Assembly (NCBI GenBank): GCA_964016885.1
Contig: OZ024740.1
Span: forward strand, 124,001-188,000
Direction: 5' to 3'
DNA from: Eledone cirrhosa
Taxonomy: Eukaryota
DNA length: 64,000 bases
How positions within the stretch are numbered: position 1 is the stretch's first letter; every line of letters starts with the position of its first letter. The notes beneath the pieces are model-generated. The model ran no database searches. It was not told the DNA's origin and saw nothing but the letters and a program-made list of their open reading frames with translations. This document shows, piece after piece, positions 12,226 to 22,924 of this stretch. Made by a program: the position numbers and the translations under genes.

Positions 12226-13103
12226 CTGCACAAGATATAAAATACACAATATTACACATCGTTATGTTTACACTAAATATAACATGAGTATTCACTTTGT
12301 CAGCTACTGTTGAACTACAAACATTTAAGCTACACAATATTTAGCAGTTGTAGACAGCATGTGTGTTTAGTATATAAACTGACCAGGAATAGACAAAAGA
12401 ACAAAGCAGTCACTACATATCATTAAAAAAGAAACAGTCTTAGAAATATAGTGAAAAATAGTAACGGAGCATGGTTGCTTCGTCTCTCTCCAATCTACAC
12501 GTCCTCTGAAGCCACAGCTCATGTTTCACTACCATGCAACTTTGTACACGGGCATCATAGTTGTCCTTTTGTACGTAGGCAGAAACCTTTTGCGGTCAAC
12601 AGTCGGAGTAGCTCTGAACATTTTCCAACCTAACCTCTCTCAAAGCACCCTCCTCCATTGCTTGGACAAGTGTCATTTACCAAGCTGTGTAAGTGGAACT
12701 TGGTAGGATTATACTCAAAGGGCTTTTCTTGTCACATGTATCACATTATTTTGGCTTATAAATTGTTAAGGATATATGAGTCTAGAATATTTGGCCATTG
12801 ACATATCATTTCATTAGCATTTCAACCGGCCAGAATTTTCTCACCTCTTTCTGTTCGAACCAGCCATAACCAGCTACTCATACTGACATTAAGGTATTGT
12901 TCTCAAAATAAATAATAACATCATCAAAATCTCATAGATTCCATATTATCTGAGATAAAGCCTTTGCCACAAAATACAATAGTAATGTAAATACTAAAGG
13001 GTTCATTCTGTGAGTTAAATGTCCAATTTATTGAACAAGTAAATATTGATCATTAGTTACATCAATGGATAAATGAAGGAAATATATAACTATTTCAACT
13101 CAC

Positions 13104-13233
13104 CCTCAGGAAAGACATCCTCCATAACTTTGGCATTAATTATAGATGCCAGCTTATTTAGTTCCATTCTAAGATCTCGAGATAAGGCTGTTCCAAGAAT
13201 ACAGACAGGACCACCATCTGCACAACTTGATGG
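13104..13233 (-). CDS. BARD1: BARD1 exon, start of BRCT1 (PSSCADGGPVCILGTALSRDLRMELNKLASIINAKVMEDVFPE)
   Basis: TTACAG acceptor, GTGAGT donor, phase 0 to 1; resembles vertebrate GPLVLIGSGLS...L..LA.IL.AK. Confidence 0.88.
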
Positions 13234-14908
13234 CTGTAATAATAGGTGTGGTATCAGAGAAGATGTTAAACATCAATGGAGAGGACAAATGTTGTGGGGA
13301 AGTGGTCTTAAACTGTAAATCCCACACACAAATATATATATGAAGAAGGGCTAAAGCCCAACACATCAAACTTTCTTTCCCATATAAAACGTGAAACTGA
13401 TAAGACTTTTTGTACCTCTGTTATTTCCTTGAACTATATATATATATATATACACATATATATGCATGTCGTCTAACCGATGCTAGCGTGGAAAATGGAC
13501 GTTAAACGAAGATGATGATGATGCATGGTACTCCTGAGGGGGTCATAGAGGCACCGTATTGAAATATTTTAAATATTTTAAGCCTAGTGGAGCTCATCTG
13601 GATACAGCAGATTTCTTCTAGAGTGAGATAATTGTTTCTACTTTTGGCACAAGGCCAGCAATTATCCCAGTGCATTACTGGTACTTTATTTTATCGATCC
13701 CGTAAGGATGAAAGGCAAAGTTAACCTCAGCGGGATTTGAACTCAGACCACAAAGGGCTATAACTCTTTGCTGCAAAGCATGGCGTCCGACCCTCTACCG
13801 ATACTGCCAATCCACCGCCCCTTCTAGAGTGAGATAATGGAAGTGAGAAAGAGGTATAGAGGAAGAATAGACCCCAGTACTTGACTGGTACTTATTTTAT
13901 CGACCTCGAATGGATGAAAAGCAAAGTTGACCTCGGTGGGATTTGAACTCAGGGAGAAGAGAGTTAAAATAAATACGACAAAGCACTCTATCCAACATTC
14001 TAACAACTGTCAATTCGCTACCTACACTATATATGTATAACATATGTATAATATATTAACAGGCGTCAAATTGACAGAGTCGTTAGAACATCGGATAGAA
14101 TGCTTTATAGTATTCATCCCGCTGAGGGCAACTTTTGCCTGTCATCCTTTCGAGGTTGATAAAAAAAGTACCAGTCAAATACTGTGGTCAATTCTTCCTC
14201 TATATCTCTTTCTTACTTCCTTTCTGTCACTCTCTATCTTTCTCTAGAAGAAACCTGCTGTACTCTGGCCTCGAGAGGGATGGATTCCACCGAGCTTAAA
14301 ATACTCAAATGCTGTATGTCAATACAACTCTATCAGGAGTTACTGGACCATATATATATATATATATATTAATGTGGACACAGACATGGCTGAATGGTTA
14401 AGAAGTCTGCTTCATAACCATAACATCTTGGTTTCAATCTTACTGTTAGAAATTATTATTACTATTACAGATTGCCACGTAATGTGCCTGACAGAGTAAG
14501 GAATAAGATATCAGAAAATTAAACTTATGACCTCAGACCAATACTCAAAGCTAATTCACTTCACTTATCATTTTTAATGACATTGAGAAATCCCTCGCTT
14601 TGTGTTAGACATTGGATAATACAGAGGAGAAATATCTGAGTGAAGAGTGAAGTGTTATGACAGATCATAGATGAGTATTATTTGAATTGATCCCTATTGA
14701 TATAAGGGGAGAAAGAGTCAGATGTGTATAGTAATTATCACTGCTACATACCTGTAAATCAGGTGTCATGGGGTAACCAATATTGCAGTCTTTAAGGATA
14801 CTTGATCCCTATTTATATAGGGGGGAAGGGTTAGATATGTATGGTGATTATAACTGCTACATACCTGTAAATCAGGTGTCTTGAAGTAACTAACACTGCA
14901 GTCTTTAA

Positions 14909-15183
14909 CCCTTTCATGACCACATTTCTAATGAAATTTACTCAATTTTAATTAATTAATGAAGAATTTTGAGGGATTTACTAGAATTATTAATCATTTC
15001 ATTACTAAGTAACTTAATGTAAGATTCTTATAAAAAAATTATGTTGGAAGAGCATGTAGTGCACCTGAGCACTCTACACAATATTTCATTATTATTATTA
15101 TATAAGATTTTAATTTGAATTGGAAACCTTTAAAATGAGTGGGTTTTTTTCATAAAACCAGAACCAGTTTGTTAACTAAAGGA
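14909..15183. mobile_element. TTAA-flanked piggyBac-like MITE inserted into a duplicated exon-end unit
   Basis: TTAA|CCCTTTC ... AAAGGA|TTAA; removing it restores the GTCTTTAA-(A/G)GATACTTGATC junction seen at about 14788-14807. Confidence 0.7.
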
Positions 15184-15255
15184 TTAAAGATACTTGATCG
15201 CTATTGATATAAGGGGAAGGGTCTGATGTGTATAGTAATTATCACTGCTACTTAC

Positions 15256-15358
15256 CTGTAAATCAGGTGTGGAGGAGACAACCAATACTTCAGTCTTTAG
15301 GGCTTCCTTCATGGCATCAGTGTAGGCATAATCTTTAGCCATTAATCCATGAGAATTC
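15256..15358 (-). CDS. BARD1: BARD1 exon after the ankyrin repeats (RNSHGLMAKDYAYTDAMKEALKTEVLVVSSTPDLQ)
   Basis: TTCTTCAG acceptor, CAG|GTAAGT donor, phase 2 to 0; N..GL...DY....MK..L as in BARD1. Confidence 0.9.
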
Positions 15359-16066
15359 CTGAAGAAAGAACAGTTTTCTTAAGTCAATGATTAAATGTTC
15401 CTTCAACAATGTCACTCTAATTAGTGTGTAATTAGTGTAGGGAAATGATCCTAAATTTATTTTGTTGTAGAACTCATACACTTTTCCAAAAACTTGTAAT
15501 TATATTTTACAATCAATCCTGATCATTCTAATTTTGATAAGAGATTAAATGAAACAAAAAATTATTTCAAATAGAATTTTTTTTTTTTAAATTAACATTT
15601 ATTAAGAGTCATGGAGAACCTAAGAATTTTTCTGCATTTGCTTATAATAGTGAGAGATGGGAGGGGGAGAGTGAGAGAGACAGTGACTATATCAGCATTG
15701 CTGAAGTATTTAAGTTAAAGGTTAAATACGTAGATAGCCAGTTGGTAGTTACGTGTGAAACTATGTGTTGCTGGTTGGACAGATCATTAGACAGTATTTA
15801 ATAGGGGCTACTACCTTCCTTGGCAGGTCAGAGGACCATGACTCGCTCAAGCACGTTCCATTTTATCATGGTTTCTACAACTGGATTCCCTTTCTAATAC
15901 CAATCACTTTACAGAGAACTGGGTCCATTGTGGCACCAACGGTAGAGAGGTTGTTGTGTCCTTACGATATTCAAAACCTACAATCTTGGGTAGAGTAGGG
16001 AAAGAAACAACTAAAACAAGTATATAGTGTATGTATAATGTTAGTGTGAGTATTTATATATATATA

Positions 16067-16896
16067 GTGAAAAGTTTAGCGTAAAAATTGGTGTTGAATC
16101 AGGGCTCCGTCCTTAGCCCCCTACTATTTATTATTGCCCTTCAGGCTATAACAGAGGAGTTCAAGACCGGCTGCCCATGAGAACTTCTATACGCAGATGA
16201 TCTAACGCTCATAGCCGAATTAATGGCTGAACTAGAGAAGAAATTCCAAACATGGAAGCATGGCCTAGAATCAAAAGGCCTTAAAGTTAACTTATCTAAG
16301 ACAAAAGTTCTAGTTTGTAGAAAGGAAAATGGCCATGCTCAGTGTGTAGGAAAGGAGTAGGCAGAAACTCCATTTTATGTCCCAACAGAGTAGGCAGACC
16401 CAGAAAAACCTGGGATGACTTGATAAATTCCGACCTCACACACACCTCTCCAAGACAATGTCACTGGACCGAGATCTTTGGCGCTACACAGTTATACAGA
16501 AGACCCGCCTTGCCTAAGTACAAAGCAAAACCCACAGTCAGTAGGCACCTCTAACAAAATACACCCCCGTCCCACTACCCCCACCCCATCCACACCACTC
16601 CCTTAAATGTGAAGTTATGTTGGTACCACAACATCCAGTCCGAAACAAATGAGGACGTGTAGGTGTCACGACAAAAAAAACACACAGTCCACGCTGTAAT
16701 GAGGCCGTGTAGGTAACACAGTAAAAACCTCCCTGTCCACACTGTAAACGTGGTTGGTTTTAGGAAGGGCATCCAGCCGTAGAAAACCCGCCAGACAGTC
16801 CTATACGAGCAAGACAACCAACCTTGCCTCAAGTGGGAAAACTCCCGTCCAAACTCATGCAAGCGTGGAAGATGGACGTTAAACGATGATGATGAT
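16067..16896 (+). mobile_element. RTE LINE fragment, internally deleted, with 3' UTR and (GAT)n tail
   Basis: QGSVLSPLLF / LLYADD remnants, deletion joining SILCP to GRPRKTW, tail GGACGTTAAAC(GAT)n. Confidence 0.9.
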
Positions 16897-17365
16897 ATCA
16901 TCATCATCATCGTTTAACGTCCATCTTCCACGCTTGCATGGGTTAGACGGGAGTTGTCCCACTTGAGGCAAGGTTGGTCGGGTGACCGTGTCTCGCTCGT
17001 ATAGGACTATCTGGCAGGCTGTCTACGGCTGGATGCCCTTCCTAACAACAACCACATTTACAGTGTGGAACTGGGAACTTTTTACCATGTTACCTACATT
17101 ACAGCGTGGACTGTGGTTTTTTTTTTTTGTCGTGACACCTACACGATCTCATTATCTCATTTATTTGGACTGGATGTTGTGATACCAACTTTACAGAGAG
17201 AGGGTGGTGTTGGTGGCAGTGGGAGGATAAGTAGGGGTAGTGGATTGGGGTGTATATTTGGTTAAGAGGTGCCTACTGACTGTAGGTTTCGCTTTGTACT
17301 TAGGCAAGGTGGGTCTTCTGTATTACTGCGTAGAGCCAAAGATCTCGGTCCAGTGACATTGTCAT
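16897..17365 (-). mobile_element. RTE LINE 3' end, tail-to-tail with the preceding copy
   Basis: (ATC)n-GTTTAACGTCC and reverse-complement 3' UTR plus last RT codons. Confidence 0.88.
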
Positions 17366-17381
17366 ATATATATATATATAT

Positions 17382-18711
17382 CATCATCATCAACGTTTAA
17401 CGTCCGTGTTCCACGCTTGCATGGGTTTGGACGGGGGTATTCCCACTTGAGGCAAGAGTGATTGTCTTGCTCGCATAGGACTGTCTGGCAGGTTTTCTAC
17501 AGCTGGATGCCCTTCCTAACACCAACCACATTTACAGTGTGGGGCTGGGAGGTTTTTACCGTGTTGCCTACACGGCCACATTACAGCGTGAACTGTGTGT
17601 TTTTTTGTCGTGACACCTACACGATCTCATTTGTTTCGGCCTGGATGGTGTGGCACCAACATAACTTTACATAGAACGGGGTGGTGTGGATAGGGTGGGG
17701 GGGGGGGTGTATTTTGTTAGAGATGCCTACTGGCTGGAGTAGATTTTACTTTGTATTTAGGTAAGGCGGGTCTTCTCTATTACTGAGTACCGCCAAAGGT
17801 CTCGGTCCAGTGACATTGTCTTGGTGAGGTGTAAGTGTGTGAGGTCGGAGTTTATCAGCTCGTCCCAGGTTTTTCTGGGTCTGCCTATTCCGTGGCTACC
17901 GTCTATCTTTATTGCCCTGCACTTTGTTATACAGCTCTCATCCTTCATGCGCATCACGTGACCATACCAACGTAGCCTTCTCTCTAGTAAACAACATCTG
18001 ATCCCTCTTATTTCTAATTTTTTCCTTAGTTCGTTTATGCTTTGCCGTTCACGTATGTTACTATTACACATCCAGCGGAGCATGCAAGCTTCGTTTCTCT
18101 CTAGTCTGCGTATATCCTCTGCACACAATGCCCAGGTCTCACTGCCATGCAACATTGCTGTTCGTATGCAGGCATCGTACAGCCTGCCTTTCATTTTTAG
18201 GGAGAACCCATTAGCGACTAATAGTGGTATAAGCTCTCTGAACTTTTTCCACCCAGTTCTGACTCTAGCTACTGTACTTTCAGAGCACCCTCCCCCACTG
18301 CTGATTTTGTCACCCAGGTAACGGAAGCTGTCCACTATTTCTATAGAACCCTCTGCGCAGTTGAAAGAGCTAGTATTTTGTGGGCACTTGCTGCTACTTA
18401 TATCCCCAGAACACCGGCCACATGTAAAATCTATGTTCTTAGTTAGCTTACCTGTGATCCCACTACATCTTTTATGCACCCAAACTTTGCATTTGGGACA
18501 CAAAATGGAATTTCTACCTACGCCTTTCCTACACTCTGCGCATGGCCACTTCCCGGAGGGGACCGCCGCCTTATTTTCTTTCTTACAAACTAGAACTTTA
18601 GTCTTAGCTAGGTTAATTTTAAGGCCTTTTGATTCTAGGCCGTGCTTCCATGTTTGGAATTTCTTCTCTAGCTCGGCCATTGATTCAGCTATGAGCGTTA
18701 GATCATCTGCA
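17382..18711 (-). mobile_element. 5'-truncated RTE LINE (RT C-terminal half with PHD-type finger, 307-aa ORF, 3' UTR)
   Basis: ORF 17757-18680 GLKINLAKTK...FRYLG...LHGSETW...RRLRWYGHVMR...GRPRKTW. Confidence 0.95.
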
Positions 18712-18827
18712 TATGTGTAATGTTAGTGTGAGTAAATATATATATATATATTGTTAGTGTGAGTAAATATATATATGTGTAATGTTAGTGTGAGTAAATA
18801 TATATATATTAAAAGTAAACCCCTCTA

Positions 18828-20366
18828 CTGTAGACCTGGAGAAACCCTTTGACAGAGTCCCCCGCCCCATTATCTGGTGGGCCCTTAGAAAACTAGGTGT
18901 AGATGAATGGCTTGCGAGAGCTATACAAGCCATGTATAAAGAAACAGTCAGTAAGGTTAGAATTAACAACGAATATAGTGAAGAGTTTAGCGTAAAAGTT
19001 GGTGTTCATCAGGGCACCATTCTTAACCCCCTACTATTTATTATCGCCCTCCAAGCTATAACGGAGGAGTTCAAGACCAGCTGCCCATGAGAACTTCTAT
19101 ACACAGACGATCTAACGCTCATAGCTGAATCAATGGCTGAACTAGAGAAGAAGTTCCAAACATGGAAGCATGGCCTAGAATCAAAAGGCCTTAAAGTTAA
19201 CTTGTCTAAGACTAAAGTCCTAATATGTAGGAAGGAGAATAGGGCACTGGTCCCATCTGGGAAATGGCCATGCTCAGTGTGTAGGAAAGGAGTAGGTAGA
19301 AACTCCATTTTATGTCCCAAATGCAAAGTATGGGTGCATAAAAGATGTAGTGGGATCACAGGTAAACTAACTAAGAATATAAATGTTATATGTGGCCGGT
19401 GCTCTGGTGCAATAAGTAGAATACTAGCTCATTCCATTGCACAGATGGTTCTATAGAAATAGTGGACACCTTCCATTACCTGGGTGACAAAATCAGCAGT
19501 GGTGGAGGGTGCTCCGAAAGTACTGTAGCTAGAGTCCGAACAGGATGGAAAAAGTTCAGAGAGCTTATACCACTATTGACCGCTAAAGGTTTCTCTCTAA
19601 AAATGAAAGGCAGGCTGTATGATGCTTGCATACGAACAGCAATGTTACATGGCAGTGAGACTTGGGCATTGTGTACAGAGGATCTACGCAGACTGGAGAG
19701 GAACGAAGCTTGCATGCTCTGTTGGATGTGTAATAGTAATATACGCGAACGGCAAAGCATAACTGAACTAAGGGAGTAATTAGAAATAAGAGGGATCAGA
19801 TGCTGTTTACTCGAGAGAAGACTATGTTGGTATGGTCACGTGATGCGCATGAAAGACGACAGCTGTATAAAAAAGTGGAGGGCGATAAAAATAGACAGTA
19901 GCCACGGAGTAGGCAGACCCAGAAAAACCTGGGACGACTTGATAAATTCCGACCTCACACACTTGCACCTCTCCAAGACAATGTCACTGGACCGAGATCT
20001 TTGGCGCTACGCAGTAATAGAGAAGACCCGCCTTGCCTAAGTGCAAAGCGAAACTTACAGTCAGTAGGCACCTCTTAACCTACCCTCACCCCATCCACAC
20101 CACCCCTTTCGATGTAAAGTTATGTTGGTACCATAACATCCAGTCCTAAATAAATGCGGTCATGTAGGTGTCACGACAAAAAACACACAGTCCACGCTGT
20201 AATGTGGCCGTGTAGGTAACACGGTAAAAACCTCCCTGTCCACACTGTAAAAGTGGTTGGTGTTAGGAAGGGCATCCAGCCGTAGAAAACCCGCCAGACA
20301 GTCCTATACGAGCAAGACAACCAATATTGCCTTAAGTGGGAAAATTCCCGTCCAAACCCATGCTAG
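18828..20366 (+). mobile_element. 5'-truncated, disrupted RTE LINE, head-to-head with 17382-18711
   Basis: VDLEKPFDRVPR, HQG..L.PLLF and downstream RT segments with stops/frameshifts; same 3' UTR. Confidence 0.93.
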
Positions 20367-20425
20367 TGTGAGTAAATATATATATATATTAGAGAATAAT
20401 CAAAACTATTTTTAAAACATTTTAT

Positions 20426-20472
20426 TGCTGACAATCGTTTCTTCCAAACTTTCATTTCGAATCATCAGAGCA
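20426..20472 (-). ncRNA. Type I hammerhead ribozyme, mirror copy with weakened stem II
   Basis: Minus strand TGCT CTGATGA TTCGAAAT GAAA GTTTGGAA GAAAC GATT GTC AGCA. Confidence 0.75.
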
Positions 20473-20777
20473 CTAGCAAAGTTTAGACATAATTGACCTA
20501 TTCCACAGAACAATTGTAAAGATACGTAGATGTTAGTGTTGTCATTAACAGTCATATTTACAGAGTGAAGATGATGTGGTCAGTATCAGTGGAAGCGACA
20601 AAGATTATAAAAGAATAATACATGTATTATTCTTTTATAATCTTTGTCACATCCACTGATACTGACCACATCATCTTCACTCTGTAAATATGACTGTTAA
20701 TGACAACACTAACATCTACGTATCTTTACAATTGTTCTGTAGAATAGGTGGTTAATTATATGTCTAAACTTTGGTAG

Positions 20778-20824
20778 TGCTCTGATGATTCCAAACGAAA
20801 GTTTGGAAGAAACGATTGTCAGCA
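20778..20824 (+). ncRNA. Type I hammerhead ribozyme (minimal, PLE-type)
   Basis: TGCT-CTGATGA-TTCCAAAC-GAAA-GTTTGGAA-GAAAC-GATT-GTC-AGCA: intact core, perfect 8-bp stem II with GAAA tetraloop, GUC cleavage triplet, short stem III; AATAAA immediately after. Confidence 0.9.
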
Positions 20825-21034
20825 ATAAAATGTTTTGAACATAGTTTTGATTATTGTGTAATTTATATTCCTGCTCTGTAAAGCATCTGATGTATTTACA
20901 TTGAGCTATTTATCTTACTGGTAATAAGGTTGTAATGAGTTACTGACCTTTCCTGTCTATAGTTGTATATAGTGTGTATATAACTATAAATAATATATAT
21001 ATATATATATATATATGTTGGTGTGACTAAATAT

Positions 21035-21636
21035 ACTACTGTACTGGAGAGGACTGGTCTAACTGTACTGGAGAGGACTGGTCTAACTGTACTGGAGAGG
21101 ACTGGTCTAACTGTACTGGAGAGGACTGGTCTAACTGTACTGGAGATGACTGGTCTAACTGTACTGGAGAGGACTGGTCTAACTGTACTGGAGAGGACTG
21201 GTCTAACTGTACTGGAGAGGACTGGTCTAACTGTACTGGAGAGGACTGGTCCAACTATACTGGAGAGGACTGGTCTAACTGCACTAGAGAGGACTGGTCT
21301 AACTATACTGGAGAAGACTGGTCTAACTATACTGGACAGGACTGGTCTAACTAGACTGGAGAGGACTGGTCTAACTGTACTAGAGAGGACTGGTCTAATT
21401 GTACTGGAGAGGACTGGTCTAATTGTACTGGAGAGGACTGGTCTAATTGTACTGGAGAGGACTGGTCTAACTATACTGGAGAGGACTGGTCTAACTGTAC
21501 TGGAGAGGACTGGTCTAACTGTACTGGAGAGGACTGGTCTAACTGCACTAGAGAGGACTGGTCTAATTGTACTGGAGAGGACTGGTCTAACCCATGCTGT
21601 ACTAGAGAGAAGTGGTCTAACCCATGCTGTACTGTA
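21035..21636. repeat. 24-bp tandem minisatellite (about 25 copies)
   Basis: Unit CTGTACTGGAGAGGACTGGTCTAA. Confidence 0.97.
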
Positions 21637-21756
21637 GAGGACAGGTATAACCCATGATAGTATGGGGAAATGGACATAAAAATGATGATGTCAGGTTTTT
21701 GATTTCATGTTTTATTTTTAATGTTTATTTTTTCTTTGACAAACAAACAATAATAC

Positions 21757-21929
21757 CTGAGAGTCTGACAGGCCCCACGTGACACTAACAATTTCACACA
21801 AGCAATTCTACCATTCTTCACAGCATCGTGTAATGCAGTGTCATTCTCAGATCCTGGTGTATTCAGAAGGGCACCATTATCAAGTAAAACTTTAATAACT
21901 TTCTCATAACCATGGTTACAGGCTTCATG
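21757..21929 (-). CDS. BARD1: BARD1 ankyrin-repeat exon (HEACNHGYEKVIKVLLDNGALLNTPGSENDTALHDAVKNGRIACVKLLVSRGACQTLR)
   Basis: TTGCAG acceptor, CAG|GTATTA donor, 173 bp; HEACNHG...LHDA.KNG...VKLL.S.GA is the BARD1 ankyrin region. Confidence 0.94.
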
Positions 21930-22629
21930 CTGCAAGGTAAAAAAAAAAAAAATCTATTATCACCACATGACAACTACATTGTAGATAAAACATACCAATA
22001 GTTACAAACATGACTGGTTGGTTAACAAGTTAGCTTTGGAACCACATGGTTTGTGGTTTAGTTCTACTGCATAGTAAACTGGGCTAGCATCTTTTAACAT
22101 AGCCTTCGGCCAAAACCAAACGGTTGTGAAGCAAACTCCTTAACCAAGTAAGCATGTTTGCACTCAATACCAGTTAACTTTTAAAACAGTAAGTTGCCTA
22201 AATAGGAAACTGCCACAAGAATTAGGACAGAGTTACACACACCTGAGAAATTATTGTAAATTTACTGAAGTAGGACATGAGAAATTATTCTAAATTTTCT
22301 TAACCATATAATAAAGAAGCTATTCACTGAAGTTTACCCTTTTTAATTAGTTCAATTATTTCATATTTTAACACTAGCTTGTAACTATATCGGTCTTTTA
22401 TACTTTTCTTTCAGTCAAACTTATTACATTATACATCTTTTGTTTCCAGTCTCTCTCTCTATCAGGCTGTGTATGCCTGGTTTAGAATAGGTACACCATA
22501 TCCCTGTGTATTGTAAGAAGCAACTAAAAAGTGTTGGTGTCAAGAAGGGTATCCAGCTGAAAAACATTGCTTCAAAAAGTTCTGTCCTACCCATGCCAGC
22601 ATGGAAGGCTGACAAAAACAAATGATGAA

Positions 22630-22895
22630 GATGATCTTCTTTGTCCACTTGTTCCAGAGTAGGTTGTGGGAGGCAGAGTCTTCAAACACACCTTCCAGTG
22701 GGTCCTGTCAGAAGCAACTAAATCCATTTGACCCGACTGAATCTCCAAGCGAGACCAGCTGAGCTCTTGGCTGTTATTCAACCACCTTGCTCAGGGTCTA
22801 CCCCTGGATCTCCTGCCGGTTGGTCTTGCTAATAAAATTTGTCCAGGGATTCTTTCCTGAGACATTCACATGCCCATAGTATCAGAGCTGTGATC
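22630..22895 (-). mobile_element. Old LINE 3' fragment of a family distinct from the main RTE (relative at about 54170-54720)
   Basis: Both loci share TCTCCTGCCGGTTGGT.TTGC...TTCTTTCCTGAGACATTC...AGCTGTGATCTCT (antisense of RSQLRY.W/GHV.RM..ERI...P.GRRP.GRP). Confidence 0.6.
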
Positions 22896-22924
22896 TCTCT
22901 CTCTCTCATATATATATATACATA

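Larger units (their letters stand above)
20395..20957. mobile_element. Spacerless palindromic (fold-back) non-autonomous Penelope-type/hammerhead element
   Basis: Arms 20395-20622 and 20623-20855 are reverse complements centred on AATAATACA|TGTATTATT; hammerhead plus AATAAA in each arm; TA-rich microsatellite flanks. Confidence 0.85.

Noticed and set aside
21023-21637. 204-aa (TVLERTGL)n ORF
   Set aside because: Translation of a 24-bp minisatellite inside a BARD1 intron; no splice or domain support
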